A model generated the notes under the pieces. That model was not told the origin of the DNA and did no database searches. It worked only from the letters and a program-made list of their open reading frames with translations. The position numbers were made by a program, and so were the translations under genes. Below, piece after piece: positions 37,082-44,289 of a stretch of 44,289 nucleotides of DNA (position 1 is the stretch's first letter; each line of letters opens with the position of its first letter). The DNA is from Vitreimonas sp. (lineage in GTDB: Bacteria > Patescibacteriota > Microgenomatia > UBA1400 > PJMF01): NCBI GenBank assembly GCA_035627515.1, contig DASPLQ010000012.1, positions 521,269 to 565,557 on the forward strand, given 5' to 3'.

Positions 37082-38125
37082 ATGCGCATTGTCCAAGTTG
37101 CCCCTCTCGAAGAATCAGTCCCGCCCAAAAAATATGGTGGCACAGAATTGGTGATTCATAATGTCACCGAAGAATTAGTCAAAAAAGGCCATGAGGTGTA
37201 CTTGTTAGGAGCTGGTGATTCAGAGACAAGTGCCCACTTGATTCCCATTCTGCCTCAGTCATTGCGGAAGATGTACTCGCCGGAAGAAATTGATACTTGG
37301 CGGGACTTTTTAAAGATATTTCATATCTCCACGATCTTAAAAACGATCCGTGACCTTAAACCCGACATCGTCCATAATCACTACGCGTGGCGTTTGATTC
37401 AGTTTTTAGATTTTATTGATTGTCCTGTCTACAGCACCATGCATGGGCCACTAACTAAAATTCAAGAACGTTATGTGTATCAGCAGTACCCGGAAGCCAA
37501 TTATATTTCTATTTCTAATAATCAGCGCAAAGCACTCCCTGAGTTGAATTGGGTTAAGACGATTTACAACGGGATTGAGGTCGAAAAATTTGAACTCGGC
37601 ACTGGTCAGCGAGATTACTTTGTGTTTTTAGGCCGCACGACGCCAGATAAAGGTCTGAAAGAAATTATTCACATGATAAAAAAGACGTCGCACCAATTAA
37701 AGATAGCTGCAAAGGTCGACACCACTGATCAGGCCTATTTTGAACAAGAAATTAAACCTTTTATTGATGGCCAGCAAATTGAGTTTTTGGGTGAAGTCGA
37801 TCACGCTGGCAAAGTAGCGCTGCTCAAAAAAGCGAAAGCGTTGTTATTATGGCTGAATTGGGAAGAGCCCTTTGGTTTGGTCGTCACTGAAGCCATGGCG
37901 TGCGGTACGCCGGTGATTGTTAATCGTCGTGGCTCAATGCCTGAGCTGATCATAGAAGGACAAACAGGATTTTTGGTCAACACTATTGAAGAGATGGCCG
38001 CACAGTTGGACAACACTGACCGCGTTTCCCCCCAGGACTGCCGGGCCCATGTAGAAGCCAACTTTTCAGCGGCAAAAATGGCTGATGAGTACTTAGAGTT
38101 AGCGGGCAAATTGACTGGGAGCTAA
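37082..38125 (+). CDS. GT4 glycosyltransferase
   Basis: PPKKYGGTE, DIVHNH and WEEPFGLVVTEAMACGTPVI. Confidence 0.92.
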   Translation: MRIVQVAPLEESVPPKKYGGTELVIHNVTEELVKKGHEVYLLGAGDSETSAHLIPILPQSLRKMYSPEEIDTWRDFLKIFHISTILKTIRDLKPDIVHNHYAWRLIQFLDFIDCPVYSTMHGPLTKIQERYVYQQYPEANYISISNNQRKALPELNWVKTIYNGIEVEKFELGTGQRDYFVFLGRTTPDKGLKEIIHMIKKTSHQLKIAAKVDTTDQAYFEQEIKPFIDGQQIEFLGEVDHAGKVALLKKAKALLLWLNWEEPFGLVVTEAMACGTPVIVNRRGSMPELIIEGQTGFLVNTIEEMAAQLDNTDRVSPQDCRAHVEANFSAAKMADEYLELAGKLTGS

Positions 38126-38129
38126 GACC

Positions 38130-38765
38130 ATGACGTCACCAAAAGGAATTGCACTCGATATTGACGATACCTTGTGTGATACCGCCCGGGTGGTAATGAA
38201 AACGTTGGCACAGGAATTTCCCCAGCTGGCCAGCGAAGCGATCGAAGATTTGTTGGCTAAATACCAACAACCTGAGAAAGTGCCCACCTGGCAAATGAAT
38301 GAAGTTCATGATCGGCGCTGGAAGCTTTTGACTACCGAAGAGTTTATGTACAACCTGCCCCCCATACCCGGAGCCCAAGCAGGGGTGGCTCGCTTGGCGC
38401 AACACCTACCTATTCGCTGTTATATCTCGTCACGATTGGATCACTTGACCTCAGTCTCGCGGCGGTGGTTACGGGCTCACGGTTTTCCCGACGCGCCTCT
38501 CTTTTTGCGTCACCCTGACCAGCTGGCAGTGGATTGGAAACTGCCGCACCTGGCAGAAATGGGAGATGTATGTGGCTTAGTAGATGATAATCTGGGAGCA
38601 ATGGAAATTGATGCTCAACAATGGCCTTTTACCTTATATTGGTACAATCCTTACCGAGTGCCGGCGATGGTTTCCGGACTGGTGCCTTTTTATTCCTGGG
38701 CAGATTTCACCCTCTTACATCCCGATAACTCCAAGACCCCAGTTGACAAAAAATTAGCAGTCTAA
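38130..38765 (+). CDS. HAD-superfamily phosphatase (NT5C/YqfW-like)
   Basis: IALDIDDTLCD motif I, PPIPGA, ISSR and LVDD motif IV. Confidence 0.8.
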   Translation: MTSPKGIALDIDDTLCDTARVVMKTLAQEFPQLASEAIEDLLAKYQQPEKVPTWQMNEVHDRRWKLLTTEEFMYNLPPIPGAQAGVARLAQHLPIRCYISSRLDHLTSVSRRWLRAHGFPDAPLFLRHPDQLAVDWKLPHLAEMGDVCGLVDDNLGAMEIDAQQWPFTLYWYNPYRVPAMVSGLVPFYSWADFTLLHPDNSKTPVDKKLAV

Positions 38766-38771
38766 TACCAT
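38743..38771 (+). promoter_or_regulatory. groE sigma70 promoter
   Basis: TTGACA-N17-TACCAT. Confidence 0.8.
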
Positions 38772-38812
38772 ATCTGCTAGTGAAGGTAGCAGAGTTCTGA
38801 TACTGCTGCTAA
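38754..38812 (+). promoter_or_regulatory. Tandem CIRCE-like (HrcA) operators
   Basis: TTAGCA-N15-TGCTAG (38754-38780) and GTAGCA-N15-TGCTAA (38786-38812), 32 bp apart. Confidence 0.75.
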
Positions 38813-38876
38813 CAAAAAGTACTCTATTAATCGCCAAGCTTAGCTTGGCTCATTACACCTTATCAAGGAGGTATTT

Positions 38877-39182
38877 ATGGCAGAGAATTTTTCTGTCGCG
38901 AACATTAAGCCTTTACCCGGCTACATTTTGGTGGAACCAGCTCAAGGTCAAAAGCAAACTGCATCTGGGATTTATTTACCCGACTCACACGAAGAGAAGC
39001 CACAACACGGCACGGTCTTAGCCGTCGGTGACGCCACGGTTGAAGAGGGTAAAGAAGTGAAATGCCCTGTCAAAGTCAAAGATCACGTCATTTACAAAAA
39101 ATGGGGTGGAAATGAGTTTAAAGTGGGAGAGATTGAGTACCAAATCCTCAAGTTCGAGGATGTATTAGCGCAAGTTAAATAA
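38877..39182 (+). CDS. groES: Co-chaperonin GroES
   Basis: IKPL...ASGIYLPD...EKPQHGTVLAVG; GGAGG RBS. Confidence 0.97.
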   Translation: MAENFSVANIKPLPGYILVEPAQGQKQTASGIYLPDSHEEKPQHGTVLAVGDATVEEGKEVKCPVKVKDHVIYKKWGGNEFKVGEIEYQILKFEDVLAQVK

Positions 39183-39258
39183 TTAAGTAAATTAGTAACT
39201 AGTAACTAAGTAATTAAGCAACGAGAACTTCACAATTACTCAATGACTCAATTACTTA
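39177..39258. repeat. Octamer-periodic inverted-repeat intergenic element, copy 4
   Basis: AGTAA at 39186, 39194, 39201, 39209 (AGCAA at 39217); TTACT/TGACT at 39236, 39244, 39252. Confidence 0.88.
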
Positions 39259-39266
39259 CCAACTAG

Positions 39267-40907
<1,641 letters not shown>

Positions 40908-40973
40908 GCGAACCTGAGCGAGAGCGAAGGGAGCACTTTCTTCGTAAATGCCAACAGGCTTAGTAAAAAACTT

Positions 40974-40999
40974 AAAGCGGGTCGAAAGGCCCGCTTTTT
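40974..40999 (+). terminator. Rho-independent terminator of groESL
   Basis: AAAGCGGGTC-GAAA-GGCCCGCTTTTT. Confidence 0.9.
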
Positions 41000-41024
41000 G
41001 GTGGTACGATGAATAGGCTTCGTT

Positions 41025-42296
41025 ATGTTTAAACGGATCCTACCTTTTGATTTACCACGCTTTAGTAAAACTTCACCTCAGTTGTTATTCGTGGCGGCCT
41101 TATTTTTAGTGATGTTGGTAGAGAACTCACTGGCTTTTGTGTTTCCAATTGTCACCGAGATCACTGTTAACTCCACCACAATGGTGGGCTTAATCATGGC
41201 TAGTTCATCAGTAGTATCGCTGATTTTAGATTTTGCTCTCCCTAAACTGCTTAAAGATAAAACCTGGAAATTTCAATTTTTAAGTGCGGCGATAATTGCC
41301 TGTTTCTTTCCCATTTTTACCGCGCTCGGTAAAGCTTTTTCCGTAGCCGCCTTTTTTGTGTTGGGCAGTATGGTGTGGGGTATTTATTTTGAGTTGCTGG
41401 CTTTTGCCCAGCAAAACTTTATCGCAACAGAAGAAAAGAAAATCTACTTTAGTCGGGACTGGGGTATTATTTATTTAATTAGAGCCTTGGCCTGTATTGT
41501 AGGGCCAATTTTAGGGGCTCAGTTATTAGCCGGCTCGAGTTGGAACTTAGCGATTACCTATTTGGTGCTGCAAGGTGTGGGGATTATGCTGGCAATCATT
41601 GGGATGACGTTTGCACCTACGCATCGAGTCACTCGCCGCCGGGGAGAGATTCAGCGCGTCATCAGTTTCATTAAAGAAGTTTCAGTGTGGCGGATTTTTT
41701 TCAGTCATATTTTACCGGTGATTATGATGGGGATTATGGTCAGTATCATCGATGCTTTGTATTGGGTGCTGGGAGGGTTGTTTAGTCAGACAATTCCGGA
41801 GCTAGTGGAGCTGGAGTGGGTGCCAATTGTGTTATACGCTGTGCCGATGATGGTTGGCTCATTATTTGTTTCCCGCCTTAATATTCATGTTCATAAAAAG
41901 CGTTATTCTCAGCTCGCTTTGATAGCCGGCGGAGCTTTACTGTTGCCCCTGATGCTGATGGCTGAAAATGTGATTGCCATTGTAGGAATTATGCTCATTT
42001 CTAGTTTGTTGTTCTCATTAATGGGGCCGCTCAATGATGCAGTTTTCACCGACCTCCAAGCACGGGCAGGGGAGTATGGCCAAGATTTAGTGGGTTTAAA
42101 TAAAATGACTAACTCCATTGCCTACATCGTGACACCCATTTTGGTGGGACTCATTTCTGATTATTGGGGCTTTGCCGTCAGTTTCACGGTGGTTGGAGCG
42201 GTAGCGATTGTGGTGGGAGTGGTGTTGTTATTATTAACACCCCGGAAATTGCTCGTGCCGCATGCGGAGTTGGAGAGTGTGGAGATTGATTCCTAG
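41025..42296 (+). CDS. MFS transporter
   Basis: About 12 hydrophobic segments in two halves; 423 aa. Confidence 0.85.
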   Translation: MFKRILPFDLPRFSKTSPQLLFVAALFLVMLVENSLAFVFPIVTEITVNSTTMVGLIMASSSVVSLILDFALPKLLKDKTWKFQFLSAAIIACFFPIFTALGKAFSVAAFFVLGSMVWGIYFELLAFAQQNFIATEEKKIYFSRDWGIIYLIRALACIVGPILGAQLLAGSSWNLAITYLVLQGVGIMLAIIGMTFAPTHRVTRRRGEIQRVISFIKEVSVWRIFFSHILPVIMMGIMVSIIDALYWVLGGLFSQTIPELVELEWVPIVLYAVPMMVGSLFVSRLNIHVHKKRYSQLALIAGGALLLPLMLMAENVIAIVGIMLISSLLFSLMGPLNDAVFTDLQARAGEYGQDLVGLNKMTNSIAYIVTPILVGLISDYWGFAVSFTVVGAVAIVVGVVLLLLTPRKLLVPHAELESVEIDS

Positions 42297-42316
42297 CGTA
42301 AAGCGTAAATAGCCAG

Positions 42317-42325
42317 TGGTATAAT
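42317..42325 (+). promoter_or_regulatory. Extended -10 promoter
   Basis: TGgTATAAT, 22 nt before ATG 42348. Confidence 0.6.
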
Positions 42326-42347
42326 CCCAGCTCAGACAGAGCTGCAT

Positions 42348-43466
42348 ATGCCGAACTTAACTGAGTCTGAGATTATAGCCTCCCGACATCTTTTTAATTT
42401 TACTGATGGACATAGCCGTCGGCCGTTTTCTGCACCCGAGTATCAAGTCTTATTAAAAGCAGCTGAATTTTTGCAGGAACCCATTGAAACCGTTGGGGTC
42501 TTAGCGGATCGTTTTGTAGCGGCGTTCTATGAATTAGCTCAGCAGAGTTTTGACCTCAATCAGGATAATTATTTATTATTTCCTAGTGCGTCATTGGCTA
42601 CGGATGTGGTCGCACAGTTATTAACTCACTATGGCCACACGCAAATAGCGGTAATTGAACCGTGTTTTGATAATCTGCCGGATTTGTTAAAGCTCAAGGG
42701 TTTAACAGTAGTACCGATTGGTGAAAATGAGTTGGGTTCTCAGGTTGATATCACCACTCATCCTGCCACTGCACTATTGTTAGTAGATCCCAATAATCCC
42801 ACCGGTTTTATGTTTAATGAAACCCAATTTCGAGCCATAGTGGAGCAGTGTGTGAAGAGCAATAAAACGTTAGTGCTCGATGCCACGTTTCGTTTTTATA
42901 AGTCACCAGCCGACAGTTTTGATCAATTAGCGATTTTAAAAGCAGCTGGAGCGGAGTACATCATAATTGAAGATACGGGTAAGACCTGGCCTAGTCAGGA
43001 ACAAAAAATTTCTATTTTGACCTATTCGCCACATTTTGCAGCACATTTTTACAAGTTATATACCATTTATTATTTATCACCTTCACCGGCAGCCTTACAG
43101 TTGTTGACTGGATATGTCCAAGCCACTGCTGCCGATAACTTTGACCACTTGCATTCACTGATCATTCATAATCGTCGCTTTATAGCTGAGGCTATTAAGG
43201 GGACGGGTATTCAGATGGCGGAAGCAGAGTTGATGCCAGTATGTTGGTTGCGGTTACCAGACCATGTTTCAGCTTGCAGCTTTGTTGATGAGCTAGAAAA
43301 CGTGCAGCCCTCAATTCGTATTTTAGAAGGTCAACCTTTTTTCTGGTCAGATGAAACCGGTGAAAAAGGAGCCCAGTATGTGCGGATCGCCTTATCAAGG
43401 AACCCACACTTAGTGATGGTAGCTGCTGAGAAAATAAAAGAGGTGGCGCGGCGATTGAAAATGTAG
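42348..43466 (+). CDS. Fold-type I PLP enzyme, MppP/RohP/Ind4-like (arginine oxidase family)
   Basis: NLTESE, NFTDGHSR, EPCFDNLPDLL, PNNPTG, LDATFR, IEDTGK212TWP, HNR, FFW...VRIALSR, collinear with the MppP sequence as I recall it. Confidence 0.75.
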   Translation: MPNLTESEIIASRHLFNFTDGHSRRPFSAPEYQVLLKAAEFLQEPIETVGVLADRFVAAFYELAQQSFDLNQDNYLLFPSASLATDVVAQLLTHYGHTQIAVIEPCFDNLPDLLKLKGLTVVPIGENELGSQVDITTHPATALLLVDPNNPTGFMFNETQFRAIVEQCVKSNKTLVLDATFRFYKSPADSFDQLAILKAAGAEYIIIEDTGKTWPSQEQKISILTYSPHFAAHFYKLYTIYYLSPSPAALQLLTGYVQATAADNFDHLHSLIIHNRRFIAEAIKGTGIQMAEAELMPVCWLRLPDHVSACSFVDELENVQPSIRILEGQPFFWSDETGEKGAQYVRIALSRNPHLVMVAAEKIKEVARRLKM

Positions 43467-43537
43467 CAAGAGTGGGATTCGAACCCACGACCTTCGGTTT
43501 ATGAATCCGATGCTCTAACCAACTGAGCTATCTTGCC
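43464..43537 (-). tRNA. tRNA with CAT anticodon, probably elongator Met (Ile2 not excluded)
   Basis: GGCAAGA-TAGCTCAGTTGGTTAGAGC-A-TCGGA-TTCATAA-ACCGA-AGGTC-GTGGG-TTCGAAT-CCCAC-TCTTGCT-A. G2-C71, C3-G70 and A73 fit Met. No encoded CCA. Confidence 0.9.
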
Positions 43538-43556
43538 AAGATCTGTCGAACTACCG

Positions 43557-43600
43557 ATTATAGCAAAACTTTTGACATTTGAGGATAAGTTCGTTAGAAT
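43557..43600. promoter_or_regulatory. Divergent tRNA promoters
   Basis: Plus strand: TTGACA-N17-TAGAAT (43572-43600). Minus strand: TGcTATAAT (43557-43565). Confidence 0.75.
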
Positions 43601-43673
43601 AAGGATCTTCTTTAACAAAGATTTGTCCGATTTCTTTATTGTAAAGGAAACTCTGCTGGTCAGAGGGACATCG

Positions 43674-43742
43674 CGCGGGTTAGTGTACGGTGCACGTGAG
43701 GCTCATAATCTCGCAGGCTGGGTCCGACTCCCAGACCCGCAA
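43674..43742 (+). tRNA. Initiator-type tRNA-Met(CAT), unconventional
   Basis: CGCGGGT...ACCCGCA-A with C1:A72 mismatch; anticodon arm TGAGG-CTCATAA-TCTCG; T arm CTGGG-TCCGACT-CCCAG; 69 nt. Confidence 0.8.
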
Positions 43743-44186
43743 CAATCTGGGAATGGCTGGTTGCAAATAGACATTAAGGTCTGATGCACCAGCCATTTTC
43801 GTAGGTTCGATCGAAACTTGAACCGTTCCAACTTCCGCCTTTGCTTTTTCAATCATCCAAAAAGGATTATCATGATCCACCACCACTTTTTTGTTATACA
43901 ACTTTAGGTTCTGACCGAGTAATTGGAGTATCTGTGTTTTTGTTTTGACGTCACCTTTAGCAAACCAGTATCGAGCATAGGAAGCAAATTCAAAGGTTTT
44001 TTTTGAGAGTTCCAACCAATCGTATTGTTTTTGATCGGTGACTTCCATCACGCCTTTAACGGTTTCGATTTCTTTTTGTACTCGTTGCAATACAGCAAGG
44101 GGATCATCAAATGACATGGATTTGCTCAGAGTTGCTGTTAAGTCGACATCCCTTATAGGTGCAGGAGTAGGTAAGTTAGCAGGCAT
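43680..44186 (-). pseudogene. C-terminal fragment of a CPR-type large serine recombinase reading into the tRNA (att site)
   Basis: WLELSKKTFEFASYARYWFAKGDVKTKTQILQLLGQNL...EPTK...LLRVWES (antisense of the tRNA T arm). No catalytic N-terminal domain. Has its own AAGGA RBS. Confidence 0.6.
43752..43799 (+). terminator. Long hairpin/terminator after the initiator tRNA
   Basis: AATGGCTGG-t-TGCA..AGAC-ATTAAG-GTCT..TGCA-CCAGCCATT followed by TT. Confidence 0.65.
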
Positions 44187-44289
44187 AGGTATCCTTTAAC
44201 GTATGATTAGCAGTTTGGAGGCTTTGTCTCCAAGTTAAGTAATCTGATTTACTTGGAATATCTACATTTAGATCTGGAAAAATGAATAA

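Noticed and set aside
23666-39258. AGTAA/TTACT repeats as a CRISPR array
   Set aside because: The copies are dispersed, the units are 8 nt and inverted around a single loop, there is no repeat-spacer series, and no cas genes are present.
43674-43742. tmRNA or other tRNA-like mimic
   Set aside because: It has a full anticodon arm with CAT and lacks the G3:U70 alanine identity.

Overview
A 44.3 kb chromosomal window, read with standard bacterial code 11. It most resembles a small-genome Patescibacteria/CPR (Microgenomates-like) bacterium; this is inferred from the class II RNR, TsaC-TsaE fusion, short YidC, archaeal-type Cmk, and dockerin/DUF5667 proteins. Left to right it holds: PBP1A (partial); a stand-alone HEPN protein; a 1227-aa M23 plus L,D-transpeptidase fusion; cmk; a CPBP membrane protein; a 2524-aa N-terminally anchored RHS/YD polymorphic toxin with a URI/GIY-YIG nuclease tip, followed by an AT-rich array of about 8 immunity-like genes; nrdR-nrdJ with tandem NrdR boxes; tsaD and tsaC-tsaE; yidC and an SPFH gene; a lyase-dockerin protein; a GT4/glycosidase/GT4/HAD sugar operon; groES-groEL with tandem variant CIRCE operators; an MFS transporter; an MppP/RohP-like PLP arginine-oxidase homologue; two divergent CAT-anticodon tRNAs (one an unconventional initiator); and a serine-recombinase C-terminal fragment at the tRNA. 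The most striking unexplained structure is an intergenic element present four times: 8-nt-periodic AGTAA arms, a variable loop, then mirrored TTACT arms. All protein family calls come from motif recognition by eye, not database searches.
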